From positions 11,098,001-11,162,000 of the forward strand of contig NC_092347.1 of assembly GCF_963676685.1 (NCBI RefSeq): a DNA stretch of 64,000 nucleotides, read 5' to 3'. This DNA comes from Mytilus edulis (Eukaryota). Positions 25,600 through 39,266 of this stretch are shown here, piece after piece. The translations under genes and the position numbers were made by a program. How positions within the stretch are numbered: the stretch's first letter is position 1; each line of letters begins with the position of its first letter. The notes beneath the pieces are model-generated. The model made no database searches, was not told the origin of the DNA, and saw only the letters and a program-made list of their open reading frames with translations.

Positions 25600-28500
25600 A
25601 TAATAGCCACTGAAGTTTTATTTAATTCAAAGCTCGAATATTGACAGACAGGAAATTCCAAAGGCTATATTGAACATTCATTAAGAATATTGCTGTTATG
25701 TTTTAGAATTTTTTGTTTGGTTCAACGTATTTAAATAAATTTTGAATGAAACTGTTGAAAAAAGTTCGTCTAAAATTATATGCATTTTTTTTATTTTTTT
25801 TTTTATTAAAGTCGACATAGAACTGCGACATTCACAATATGAAAATAACCTATATTAGAAAAAAAAAACCTCAAAATTAATTCAGTCACTCATTGGAAAT
25901 TATCTGAATTTTTTAAATAGATATAAGAAAGCCTGTTTTGTTCTATGATTGGTAATGTCCTATTTTATTTTTATTTTTTAATTTCTTATTTTTTTTATCA
26001 TTTGATTATATTTTATTGTTGAAAGTATTTATTTGACTATAACATTTTTTTAAATGATTATATGGCCAGCGGTACAAGAATAGGACCAGAGTCAATCCAA
26101 CAGACATACCTTAGGAAACACCTGCATGTACCAGTATTTGCTATTTGCCAGGAATGACAGAGATGATGTCGGATAGGTTCCTAATGTCGTAACTACAATC
26201 CCGTTACCTTTTCACCAATGTGACCTACTGATTAAAGATTATTACCGGTTTTTTTTTTAGCCATGGCGTTATCAGTTTATTTTCGATCTTTGAGTTTGAA
26301 TGTCCCTCTCGTATCTTTCGCCCCCTTTCCAGCAAATTTCAAATACAGGTGCAATGAGGTAAAAGATAGTTACATAGAAAGGATGAAAAAAGAGATCGGA
26401 CCAATAAGAAGGCGTCAAATATATCATCAATGTCAGATCAACATTCACGTGTGCAAATAGAACGTGACAAAACTGCAAACAATCCACGAGGTCGTCAGTA
26501 ACAGAAAGATATGCCATATGCAAATGGATCATGGTCATCACTAAACAATTGATAGCAAGACACATAACAGTCATAAAACATTGCACTATGTTATGATTAT
26601 AATGACTAGACAATTCAAATTCGTTTTGCTTTGGAAAAAAAAGAGTGCTCGGTTTAACCTTTACTTTCTGTTGACATCATACAGTGTATCAAATCGGAAT
26701 AGAAAGTTGAAGATAAAAACAACTAAATTTGTGAATTCACAATATTAAAAGCTTTGATAGAGTTAAACATTCTTATAAGAAAGGTACATGTTTAGCTAAT
26801 AAACATAGTATTTGTTATTATAAAGCCATGCCAATTCACAGTGGCCATCGGTAATGCCGGAAACACTGCAACATTGTAGATTTATCTTATTCATAAACTC
26901 CAAACAAATGTGAACTAAAATAGTAGTCAGATCTCTAGGAACTATATTAACCAGGGCATCATTTATGTTTATAAGAAAGCCAGTCACATTTTCAACCATT
27001 TAATGCGTACATTTCATTCCACCACAACAGTTGACCTGAATATTCGAGAAGACGATACTCTTTTGAAGAAAGAGAAATTATATCCTGCTTAAAGATATCC
27101 GCAGCTCTTACGACACAATAACTTACATTTATTGAAAACAAAATTATAGGAGAAAATCAACAATTTACAGAGTTTCCGGCAATGTTGTACGTGCTTAAAT
27201 TATAAATCAAAATATATACGAGGTGAAAGATATAGAAACAAATCTAAGTTCTTAAAGGGAAAACAGTAGTATTATAGAAATGATATCTTGCATAGAGATA
27301 TCCGCAGATCTTACGACAATTTTTTATTGGAGAAAATCAAAATATTTTAGAGTTTCTGGCATTATTGTTGTACGTGCTGAAAATTATAAATTAAAATATC
27401 TACGCTGTGCAACATATCAATGTCCTTAAAGAGAAAAAAAAGTAGTTTCACATTTTCCGGGATTTAGGTTATCCTAGTCAGATGAAGGAAGTAAATTTTG
27501 GAGCGATGTAGTAAGACGTAGAGGCACGATGGGAATATAACTTATTATTAATCTATGAATAACTGGAATTTTGAAACCAATAGAAATATTTTCTTGAGAA
27601 TTATTCAAAAACACTTCCAATTTATTATAAATCTGGTGTAAAGTAGCGATGGGTATCGATAACATAAACAAGCTCCTGATGAAGTTGGTCATGACACTAT
27701 GTGACTTCAATTTCTAAAATAGAATAATATATAATAACGATAGACGAATAGAACAGTCACATGAACCAGCTTAGATACATGTAACATTGCAATCATAGAA
27801 AAAGGTATTAAATATTATGATATGAATCATAAATAATAACCAACGGTAGTTATTATAATAGAATCATACATTATAAGGACTAACGGTAGAAAGAAGAACG
27901 TTTTACATTCGGAATTTGATAAACAATTGTTCATGCTATTTAGTCACAATGCAGGAGAGGGTATTGCTTGTTTGCATTACTACAAAAAGAAGACCAGTGC
28001 ATTCCACAATTGGGATCCGAAATTAACAAAATTGACTGCATGATAAATTTGATACGAAAAAACAACTAATAATAGCCACTGATGTTTTATTTAATTCAAA
28101 GCTCGAATATTGACAGACAGGAAATTCCAAAGGCTATATTGAACATTCATTAAGAATATTGCTGTTATGTTTTAGAATTTTTTGTTTGGTTCAACGCATT
28201 TAAATAAATTTTGAATGAAACTATTGAAAAAAGTTCGTCTAAAATTATATGCATTTTTTTTTTTTTTTTTTTTATTAAAGTCGACATAGAACTGCGACAT
28301 TCACAATATGAAAATAACCTATATTAGAAAAAAAAACTCTCAAAATTAATTCAGTCACTCATTGGAAATTATCTGAATTGTTTAAATAGATATAAGAAAG
28401 CCTGTTTTGTTCTATGATTGGTAATGTCCTATTTTATTTTTATTTTTTAATTTCTTATTTTTTTTATCATTTGATTAAATTTTATTGTTGAAAGTATTTA

Positions 28501-30457
28501 TTTGACTATAACATTTTTTTAAATGATTATATGGCCAGCGGTACAAGAATAGGACCAGGGTCCACCCAACAGACATACCTTAGGAAACACCTGCATGTAC
28601 CAGTATTTGCTATTTGCCAGGAATGACAGAGATGATGTCGGATAGGTTCCTAATGTCGTAACTACAATCCCGTTACCTTTTCACCAATGTGACCTACTGA
28701 TTAAAGATTATTACCGGTTTTTTTTTTAGCCATGGCGTTATCAGTTTATTTTCGATCTTGAGTTTGAATGTCCCTCTCGTATCTTTCGCCCCCTTTCCAG
28801 CAAATTTCAAATACAGGTGCAATGAGGTAAAAGATAGTTTCATAGAAGGATAAAAAAAGAGATCGGACCAATAAGAAGGCGTCAAATATACCATCAATGT
28901 CAGAACAACATTCACATGTGCAAATAGAACGTGACAAAACTGCAAACAATCCACGAGGTCGTCAGTAACAGAAAGATATGCCATATGCAAATGGATCATG
29001 GTCATCACTAAACAATTGATAGCAAGACACATAACAGTCATAAAACATCATAAAACATTGCACTATGTTATGATTATAATGACTAGACAATTCAAATTCG
29101 TTTTGCTTTGGAAAAAAAAGAGTGCTCGGTTTAACCTTTAATTTCTGTTGACATCATACAGTGTATCAAATCGGAATAGAAAGTTGAAGATAAAAACAAC
29201 TAAATTTGTGAATTCACAATATTAAAAGCTTTGATAGAGTTAAACATTCTTATAAGAAAGGTAAATGTTTAGCTAATAAACATAGTATCTGTTATTATAA
29301 AGCCATGCCAATTCACAGTGTCTATCGGTAATGCCGGAAACACTGCAACATTGTAGATTTATCTTATTCATAAACTCCAAACAAATGTGAACTAAAATAG
29401 TACAGTCAGATCTCTAGGAACTATATTAACCAGGGCATCATTTATGTTTATAAGAAAGCCAGTCACATTTTCAACCATTTAATGCGTACATTTCATTGCA
29501 CCAGAATAGTTGACCTGAATATTCGAGAAGACGATACTCTTTTGAAGAAAGAGAAATTATATCCTGCTTAAAGATATCCGCAGCTCTTACGACACAATAA
29601 CTTACATTTATTGAAAACAAAATTATAGGAGAAAATCAACAATTTACAGAGTTTCCGGCAATGTTGTACGTGCTTAAATTATAAATCAAAATATATACGA
29701 GGTGAAAGATATAGAAACAAATCAAAGTTCTTACAGGGAAAACAGTAGTATTAGAGAAATGATATCTTGCATAGAGATATCCGCAGATCTTACGACAATT
29801 TTTTATTGGAGAAAATCAAAATATTTTAAAGTTTCTGGCATTATTGTTGTACGTGCTGAAAATTATAAATTAAAATATCTACGCTGTGCAACATATCAAT
29901 GTCCTTAAAGAGAAAAAAAGTAGTTTCACATTTTCCGCGATTTAGGTTATCCTAGTCAGATGAAGGAAGTAAATTTTGGAGCGATGAAGTAAGACGTAAG
30001 TGCACGAAGGCAATATAACTTATTATTAATCTATGAATAACTGGAATTTTGAAACCAATAGAAATATTTTCTTGAGAATTATTCGAAAACACTTCCAATT
30101 TTTTATAAATCTGGTGTAAAGTAGCGATGGGTATCGATAACATAAACAAGCTCCTGATGAAGTTGGTCATGACACTATGTGACTTCAATTTCTAAAATAG
30201 AATAATATATAATAACGATAGACGAATAGAACAGTCACATGAACCAAATTAGATACATGTAACATTGCAATCATAGAAAAAGGTATTACATATTATGATA
30301 TGAATCATAAATAATAACCAACGGTAGTTATTATAATAGAATCATACAGTATAAGGACTAACGGTAGAAAGAAGAAAGTTTTACATTCGGAATTTGATAA
30401 ACAATTGTTCATGCTATTTAGTCACAATGCAGGAGAGGGAATTGCTTGTTTGCATTA
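25600..30457. repeat. Tandem duplication of ~2.38 kb (25600-27979 and 28069-30457)
   Basis: High identity at offset ~2469-2478; ORF track entries duplicated (27474/29952); 89-bp spacer between copies. Confidence 0.95.
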
Positions 30458-31979
30458 AATTTTCTTGGCCGTGGCCAGGGGAACTGAATATGAGTCTAGA
30501 GCAGAAAGTGTCGATCACTGTCGCCTATATATGTTCTTTGCTTACTGACATGCAATTGTTGTCTCTGGCGTTTGATATCAGTCTCATTCAAGGTCCAATG
30601 GATAATAGCGCCGTTAAAAGGTATAGAAGAAAATTCTGATTTATTCTAATAAAAAGCAGAAAAAAACAGAATTCTAATGTTTTCTTGTAGACATTGGAGT
30701 ATCCAGCTTTGCTTTCGGAGATTTCAAGATTGTTCTACATTTCTTGTAGGATTAAGGGTCTTGTTAATAAAACCTATTGAATTTGAATGTACTGATTTTA
30801 TTTTTCATTATTTTATTTATACAGATTGCACTTTACAAGTTGGAAATTAAAAAAATTATACTGAAATGCAAAGATACGATTAAGACAAAATTTTGAAGTA
30901 CAACTTTATTTTGTTTTAAGAAATAATAAAAGCTATGAATTATTATTTGGATTTAAGCATTGAGTATGGCCCGAATTTGTCACATTTGGATGAAGATAAC
31001 ATCGCTGATATATTATTGACCTGGAAGACAGTTTTTCAACCTAATTGAATCGATATTGTATTGACCTTCGATTAATGTCATGAACTAGAGATGTGTTACG
31101 CATGTAGAAGTCACGTTAAGACATCAAAAGGATGAAAATGTCAGCAATGGAAGTGCACAAGGTTCAACCGCTACTGATTCAATCTGCTAACAAAATCATT
31201 CTTATATAAGTAAAAACAACGATTAAAGTATTTGTAAACCTATAATTTGAAATCCAACAAACCAAGAACAAAATCATATGCTCACTATCTTTTTATGTTT
31301 ATGTTTATATCGGAGGTCATATCGATTGCTGGAGTAGAGTCTAGACAATAATATTCTCGGAATACTTAAACATATTGAGTCCATGCATTCTTAATTGTTT
31401 ATTTTAGACATTCTTTTTTTTAAATTCCATGTCAAAAAAGAAAAACTACCAAAACTCAAACAAATAACTTCCTGAACTAACTGACATTTCTCGGTTTTAG
31501 ACATGTTAGTATTTTCACAAAAATATTGTCTGCTTATTGACAGGAAATATCAAATAAATCAAAAGCACTTTGTTTCTCTGAAAATGTAAATCATGGTATT
31601 TCGCCGACTGTTTTTTTCCCGATCATATTTCGGACCCCCAAATTCTAAGAAGGCGTGCCTTATTAATCACGCACGATTAACTTTTAGTAAATTGAACCTC
31701 AACATTAAGACTTACACCGGGCTAATAAGTTCGAGGTACAATAAGTAAACAAAATATATTCTTTGCAAAATGAGATCGTCCCAAGCATCGTAGATAATTA
31801 TTTTGCCTTGAATAACAATAAAAAATATAAACTAAAACCGGGGGAAACACGTAAACTATAAGAGGAGAGTGCACGAAATACGAAATACACATTCAGATCA
31901 TCATACTAATGATAAAAGCAATAATATATGCACAACACGGGTTTATTTCGAAATGTAAAAAAAACCACCAGCGAAAGTT

Positions 31980-32400
31980 TAATAGCAGATGCTCAATTCA
32001 CTAGCAAATTAACTAAACAGTGTTATATTACCAGAAGCTACGATGATCTGAATTGTAAATCAACAAATGTCGTCTACAGTATACAGTGTAAACTCAACGG
32101 ATTTGTTCATGTTGGTTAAACAAAAATTAAAAAAAGGCAAAATAAACGAATATGCGGTGATAGATAAGACATCAACAACAATGAAACCAACACTGTTTAC
32201 AAGCATTTTAGCCAGTCTGTCATTTAATCCTATATGCAAGTTTGTATCATCGAAAAAATATACAACATGATTAACAATCTCCATCTTGAAACACATAAAC
32301 AAAAAGAAGACCAGTGGATTCGACAATTGGGAATCCGAAATTAACAAAATTGACTGCATGATAAATTTGATACGAAAAAACAACCAAATCTTATATAACT
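31980..32400 (+). mobile_element. Penelope-like GIY-YIG endonuclease remnant
   Basis: LNCKSTNVVYSIQCKLNGFVHVG matches the PLE C.S.NVVY.I.C....YVG motif; downstream KEDQWIRQLG; stops and frameshifts. Confidence 0.8.
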
Positions 32401-32496
32401 TTCTTATATTTTAAAACACCTGCCTTTAGTTTTTAAAGTTAAATTTATTCAGTTTGATTGTCGTCATCTTGAGTTAAAGTATGAAAAGAAAACGTT

Positions 32497-33347
32497 TGAT
32501 CAATTTGAGTTTTGATCGTTTAAACAGAATTCATGTGGGCAGACATTATGAGTAAAAACATAAGTGTATAAAACATTGGATTTTTTATGTAAGGAAAACA
32601 TTTTCTGAGTATCATGCAGAACATTTGTGTATCATTACAGAATATGTTGATAGTAATTCAGTTGTCAATACTGTTACGTCTAAAATGTTTAGTAAATATG
32701 TCGAACAGTGGCAATGCAATTTACAGTCAGATAAAGCTTTATCTGGTAAAGGTGGCAACAAACTTCGTACATATAATCTATTTAAGAACAGTTTTGACAC
32801 GGAAACTTATTGTAAAATTCCAATGCTATTTTCGCAAAGGAGTTCTTTTGCCAAATTTCGATGTGGTGTAGCACCACTAAGAATAGAAACGGGGAGATTT
32901 GAAAAAAATAATTTGAAAAGATCGAGTCTGTGATAATTGTATGAATATTTTAGAAGATGAAGCCCATCTTATTTTATCGTGTCCATTATATGACGATTTT
33001 AGGAAAAAAATATTTGATGAAGCAACACATTTTAATATTGATTTTATTTCTTTTAATTATAAACAGAAATAAGTGTTTTTATTTACAGATAATAATATGA
33101 TTCGTAGCTGTGCCAAACCCTGTTATCTTATTTTAAATAGACGTAGAAATGTTTTATACTGTAGATAATGTTCTTGTCAATATGTTTTATAAGAGATAAA
33201 ATTTAATGTTATAGTCTCTTGCAATTCTGTACAGAACTGCCCTCTTTCTATATCTATATATTTTTACATTTAATGTAATGTTGTATTATATATTATTGAG
33301 AGATGAGACTTAAATAAAATATTGAATTGAATTGAATTGAATTGAAT
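32497..33347 (+). mobile_element. 5'-truncated CR1/L2-group LINE
   Basis: NKLRTYNLFK..RSSFAKFRCGVAPLRIETGRF, then EDEAHLILSCPLY; AATAAA at 33313 and (ATTGA)5 tail. Confidence 0.88.
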
Positions 33348-33570
33348 AGACAAAAAGAAGACAAGTGGATTCGGCAATGGGGAATCCGAAATTTACAAAA
33401 TTGACTGCATGATAAATTTGATACGAAAAAACACCCAAATCTTCTATAACTTTCTTATATTTTAAAACACCTGCCTTTAGTGTTTTTAGAGTTAAATTTA
33501 TCAGTTTGATTGTCGTCATGAGTAAAAGTATGAAAAGTAAACGTTAATTGTGAAAGTTTGATTTTCTTTT

Positions 33571-33860
33571 TAAGGAATGACTGTTATATTTTTTCTGTTT
33601 TTGAAGAAACAACATAAAAAATTTGGTGCAAACTGAATAACGCGCGTAGCGAGTTATTTAACACTGTGCACCAATTTTTTTATGTTATTTCGAATAGACA
33701 GAAAAAATATTACAGTCATTTCTTATAATTTAATTTTAAATTCCATTTAAACCGTAGAAAACCATGAAAAAACGTTGATGTCAGACGTCATGGTCACATG
33801 ACTAAATTATGTCTATCGGCTGATAACAAAATAACGTCAGCCAATCAGAAGAAGCGTTAC
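33571..33860. mobile_element. Foldback non-autonomous element; partial second copy at ~44178-44392
   Basis: Inverted arms TAAGGAATGACTGT...ACAGTCATTTCTTA around a CGCGCG core; shared downstream GACGTCATGGTCACATGAC..CCAATCAGAAG. Confidence 0.7.
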
Positions 33861-34189
33861 AGGTAAAAGGTAAATTTAAATGAAAAATGGGAAAATCTTC
33901 AAAATTGGCCACTTTCGAACAGTCGTAGAAGATAAGGAAGTGCACTTTTTTTCTTCTTCACCAAAAATGTTATACGGTCACGGGTGATGTAAACCTAAAA
34001 CAAATCGGGTTTGCACAAAAATGTTTAAATCTAGATTTGATTGCCTCCTCAGAGATGTACATCCTTTATATGATAGATTTGCTTACTGAAAATTTAATTA
34101 GATGATTAAATTTGTACTTTTGCTACTTGAAAGTCATTCCATTTATATACGTTTATCGAAGGTTTTTGCCTGTAGTTTTTATTAATCAC

Positions 34190-34610
34190 AGTTTATGGTC
34201 AAACTCAGTAAATATTCGTTTAATTGATCAATTTGATAAAACTTATCGTACCCTAGATGATATTATTGCTTCAAATAATCAAGAATTCTATAATTATACT
34301 GTAGAAATGTACCACAGGGAACTAACGTTATATAAATTTAAAATCAACAGTTGTTATTGTCCTTTTCAAGATTTAGTTAATTCAGTTTCAAACGGAAACC
34401 TCTATGAATATTCTTATTTGATGTTCCTATTGTTCGTTCTACGAAGTATATATTTTCCAACTCATTAGTTATGCTCTTGTCTGAATTCAATGAACGGTAT
34501 CTGTGTATGACTAATAAATAATTAAGTCAGGGGTTTCATTACCCCAAATCAGCAAAACCTTTACTAAATTCCGTCATAGATAAATAGATTTGATTTTCAA
34601 ACTTGACTGT
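34190..34610 (+). mobile_element. Highly decayed Penelope-like RT fragment
   Basis: TYRTLDDIIASNNQEF....EMYHRELTL resembles FRYxDD..NN..F...IYP.EL of the same RT type as 20770-21530. Confidence 0.65.
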
Positions 34611-35421
34611 ACTGTAAAGGCAATAGGCGAATAACTGTGCACAAAAATAGAAATCTTAAGACCGGGCAACACGAACCACATCAAAAACTTGGGTATTTTC
34701 AGGTGGTCCGGAAGAGTAAGCATAGTATTATTATAAAAGATGCGAATTCACATTAAGGTAAGGTTTGCATGAAACCTGGAATTTTTTCTTAGTGATATTA
34801 TACCAATATGATACATCATTTTGTTCAGGGAGGAGTATCCAATCATTTAATGAAAAAAAATCGAACATCGCCCGTCCCGTTTTTTCAGGTGAAAAGCTCA
34901 AAATTCCGATTTTTGACGATTTTTAGGGAAAATTGTATTTGAATTCTTCTGAAATAATAATGTATGCGAGTGACTATAAAAAAATAAAACTAAATAAAAC
35001 ATGTATAAATAATTGTGGTCCATTCATTTATAATAAATTTTAATTAAAAATATCATAAAAAAGTTCCTAAAAACAAGAATTTTTAATTTTTGGGTGAAAA
35101 AAAAAACGTTGCCATGGCAACAAAAAGCCAAAAATATCCCTTTTCCGGGTCCACCGTTTTTGTAAAAAACTGTGAACTTAAGGAATTAACTATTTGCATT
35201 ATAGTGAGCTAATAAAATTGGTATGTCTCCGAACTCGTTTTTACGGAAATGGCCGTTATATGTGTTCATCTTGTAATTTCTGTAAAAACACAAAAATATT
35301 TTTTTTGTTGATCTGCAAAGAAGAAAGTCATCTTAAATAGCATCTTTTTAAAAAGAATCATTTTGTCTTGTAACACTTTGGGATTGACCATAATCAATGA
35401 GAGAAAACAGTGATTTACTTA

Positions 35422-35639
35422 GGGATGACATCAAAAGATGAATGTAGGATAAACAAATTAATTCAAATAGTTTGGGGGTGGGGGATAAAAGTTTTGTTAA
35501 TTTGACATCGATTTTACATATATCCATATCGGTTAATCAATTTTCCCAAATTAAGTTAAGAGGGGGACGGGGAGGGTCAGTGAACAAACTATGTGAATTA
35601 AGTTTTTTTTTATCCAACATTAAACTTTTGAATTGTCCC
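35422..35639. mobile_element. MITE with GGG/CCC ends and TTA TSD (Zator- or Harbinger-type)
   Basis: tta|GGGATGACATCAAAAG ... CTTTTGAATTGTCCC|tta. Confidence 0.6.
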
Positions 35640-36261
35640 TTAACTTTTATGCCCACAACTATCAGTCGGAAAGGGAGGTGTTTAACTTTGGTCATACTTG
35701 TGTATTAATACATGTACAAGACTCTGATTTTGAAGGAAACACTTATATTCTTTCAGTGCTTCAAACTGTAATATTTTAAATCTTAGAAAAGCATTCAAAT
35801 TGCCATTAAAAGTCATGAAAATTGCTTTATTGCCCCATGTTTGGTAAATTGTTTGTATGCAGCAATTGGATGAAAAGACATCAGTTTTGACTATAGTAAA
35901 GTAATTTACAGCAGCCGTGTTTATTTCATTCATTTAAATCTAGACATCAACAAATGTTATTCAAATATGATCAAATATTTATGACTAAGCAGGGTAAAGC
36001 CTTGCAGGAGAAGATAGATTACTGGTATGATTTGTCCAATTGTTACACATGATGTTTAGATTTAGGGTCTTTGACCAAACAAACAAACTACATGCTCCTA
36101 TACATGATGAAAGACGAAACAGACGATGGCATCGGAATACAAATGACCAGCCGTATATGTATTGTTGATATTTAAAATAAGAAATGCAGTTATGTAGACC
36201 TATAATATGAAAATCTTCCACATACTTTCAAAAAATTAAAATCAGTTCAATGAAGTTTACA

Positions 36262-36425
36262 GGAGTAACGTAACTGTAGTTGAGGAATCCCACCGTCAAT
36301 TGGCGATTTGATGTTCGCAAATGCAGTTTTACTGTCCATGCGTAGGGGAGACAGTAAAACGGAAATTTGCGACCGTCAAATCAAAATTGATTGTGGCTAC
36401 TCTTCGACCACAGTAATGTTATTCC
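36262..36425. repeat. Foldback element (~165 bp)
   Basis: Imperfect palindrome, e.g. GATTTGATGTTCGCAAAT..GTTTTACTGTC / GACAGTAAAAC..ATTTGCGACCGTCAAATC. Confidence 0.75.
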
Positions 36426-38750
36426 GAATAAAATGCATTACAAAAAGAAATAATACGTTAGAGTTTGGAATAAATGCGTAATGTGTCCCTGGGACACTGA
36501 CGATGCCCCCTCTTACAAAAACATGAAACATTATAAAGCATTACGTATAAATTTTATAACATTTGGTAAAAGCAAACTAAAGTTGGAGAACATAAACGAA
36601 AATTTCAGAAAACGACCTCATAAAAATACCCCGAGCGTCATGATCTCTTGTAAACGGAGAAAGACTAGAAACTAACAATTTCCCGGATTTTATAGTGAGG
36701 CCTGTGTAGAGACACATATTACCATCCTTTTTTTAAGATAAATTGATTCAAAGTTTACTGATATGCATAGAAGTTTGTTTGATTAGAGGTTGTAAAATGT
36801 CCAGTGGCAAATACTTCAGGCATGTTCAGGATGACACAATACAATAGTTGTGTCTTAATGCATCCATTAAAAATTACTATTAGAACACTCCGTCAGTTGT
36901 AAAAGCGATGATAATAAAATAAAATATATTTCAAATGATGTAAACGTGTGCGTATTTGCGGACAAACCTTGCAAACTATACATTTGAAAAGACCAAGTTC
37001 AACATTCTGTCATTCTTAAAAATTATGCAATAAAAATATCTGAGAATATATATGCATCCTCTATAAGTAAAACACATGGCGCATTATATAAATTTTTAAA
37101 CTAAATTGACTAAAAGTTAGTGTCACAAAAATGTGCCGTTTTTCTTTCAATCCTGCGTTTCTATAATTTGTATTTATACTCTAAAAAGTCGGAAACGGCG
37201 TGCATCAGACTTACAAATTCAATTAAAGAGACAGCTTAACAGTCAGTGAAAAAGCTACCGGAGTTCTTGAAGCAGAATAAACAACACTTCTATCTTGCGA
37301 AAGGACAAGACGGGGACAAGCCATAAAAACACAAGATATTAGATCGAAATCTATTGAAATGAGTTTCCCAAGCATTAGTTTTTTTAGGTTTTACGGCGGG
37401 AGACAAGAGAAAGGGGACAGGAGAATGGAGAAAGGTATCCAGTGTCCGACCCCTCATAAATCTAGAACTGTAAAAGTGACATCAAAATTCAAATCTATTC
37501 TGTGTTTTTGTGGCAAAAAGCATTGTGCATAAGTTTTATATCAGTTGGTTGAGGAAAACTAAAGTTAGAGAATGGAAACCAATTTTGTAAAAACGGACGT
37601 ACACTATGATACGTACATTCGGATCTACGTACAAACAGACAAGGATATAACTCAATGCCCCCTTTGCTACGGCGGGGGCATAAAAATGTACATTTATGAA
37701 ATAAAATAAAACTCCGCGAAACTTCATGAATGGTTTTTGCACAAAGACGTTATGACTAAACGTGACGTCATATAAATGAAAACTAACAAACTGAAGGTCA
37801 TGACGTTACTTGTACGATTCAAATTTTGATAAAATTACATCAAAACGGCGATTTTGAGGTAGGTGTTGTTTTATTTTCGATAATATTGTAGTTATCGAAC
37901 ATTGGTTAATCAAAGCAATTCAAAATGGCGGGTCCCTCCTTTTTTCAATTATTTGAATTCGAGTTATCTCCCTGTGTACGCAAACCTTACCTTAAGGAAA
38001 CATTAGTATATCGCTGTTTAACAGTAATAAATCGAAAAAAACGAACACAAATGTTGTTTATAAAACACGTAAATTAGAACACAACCAATGTTAAGTAATT
38101 GATTCTCCGAAAACAAGCCATTTATTGTACAATATAGGATATCATTTAACGCCGTCGGAAGATCTTTGAATACTGTTTTTATCGGTCGATTTTCATTGAT
38201 TAGCATAATTATATATATATTGCTACACGTTTTTGAAACCTTAAGCTCATATATGTTCTGCCGATATTCTGTACTTATTTTTGGCATTTGAAGAGTTTAG
38301 GAGTACATTATTTATCTAATAGTTGTTATTTACTTTCAACTTAATTTCAGTAACTGCAATTTCTCTCGTTTTTTATAGTAAGATTTGTGATTCGTGTCAA
38401 TATGAGGAGTCGAGCCATGTTTAATAAATTTTTATATTTTATAGTTTGTTTTTATGCGGTGCTGTTAAAGCTTATGGAAGGGTTGTGTGCTGACATGCAT
38501 GTTTAACCCCACCACATTCTACATGTGCCTGTTCCTAGTCAGTAGCCTGTTAGTCAGTGATTGTGGTTGTTTCATCTGTCTAATTTGTTGAATAAATGTC
38601 GAATAGACAACAGACCACATTTCATCTTATTTATATTGTGTTGTCGATAGAAAATTACTGTTTATATAGAAATATACATTATCTTACCTCTTATACGTTT
38701 CTAGGAATGTGATTAGTTAAAAGAGTCCACGTGAAGACCGTGTATATTTG

Positions 38751-38893
38751 ATATTAGGTTAGTAGGGAGGCGGGGCTTATTTCATATACGGTTAGTAAAA
38801 TATAATGGAGTTACGTCCCTTTATATTCCATATTAGGTAGTAGGGAGGCAGGATTTATTTCATAAACGGTTAGTGGTGTTACGTCCCTTTATA
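38751..38893. repeat. Two-copy direct repeat (~78 bp)
   Basis: ATATTAGG(T)TAGTAGGGAGGC...GTTACGTCCCTTTATA occurs twice. Confidence 0.8.
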
Positions 38894-39132
38894 AAAACAA
38901 AACGGAACTGAGAAAAAATCTTGGAAGATTTCAATAGACGAAGAAATTGATGATTAAGATTGAAATAAATTCATAAAACACATTTCAACCCAACAAGTTG
39001 TGATCGTAGGCTATTCTTGTAGGATCAATGGAAGTAGTTTCTTAATGCTAACAGTATTGAAGACTGGCTTGCTCATTTTGATAGATCACAAGTCTAATTT
39101 TTACACGTTAAGATAGTCGGTATGATAAATTC

Positions 39133-39266
39133 GTCACATAGTGTGCTAGTGACGTAATACGGTATATATGGGATCAGTAAATTCCAAATGGGGATTCGAG
39201 CTTTTACTTTTTCGGAATTTACTGACCCCATATATACCGTATTAAGCCACTAGCACACTATGTAAC
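39133..39266. repeat. Foldback element with ~52-bp arms
   Basis: ACATAGTGTGCTAGTG..TAATACGGTATATATGGG..CAGTAAATTCC and its near-exact reverse complement. Confidence 0.85.
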
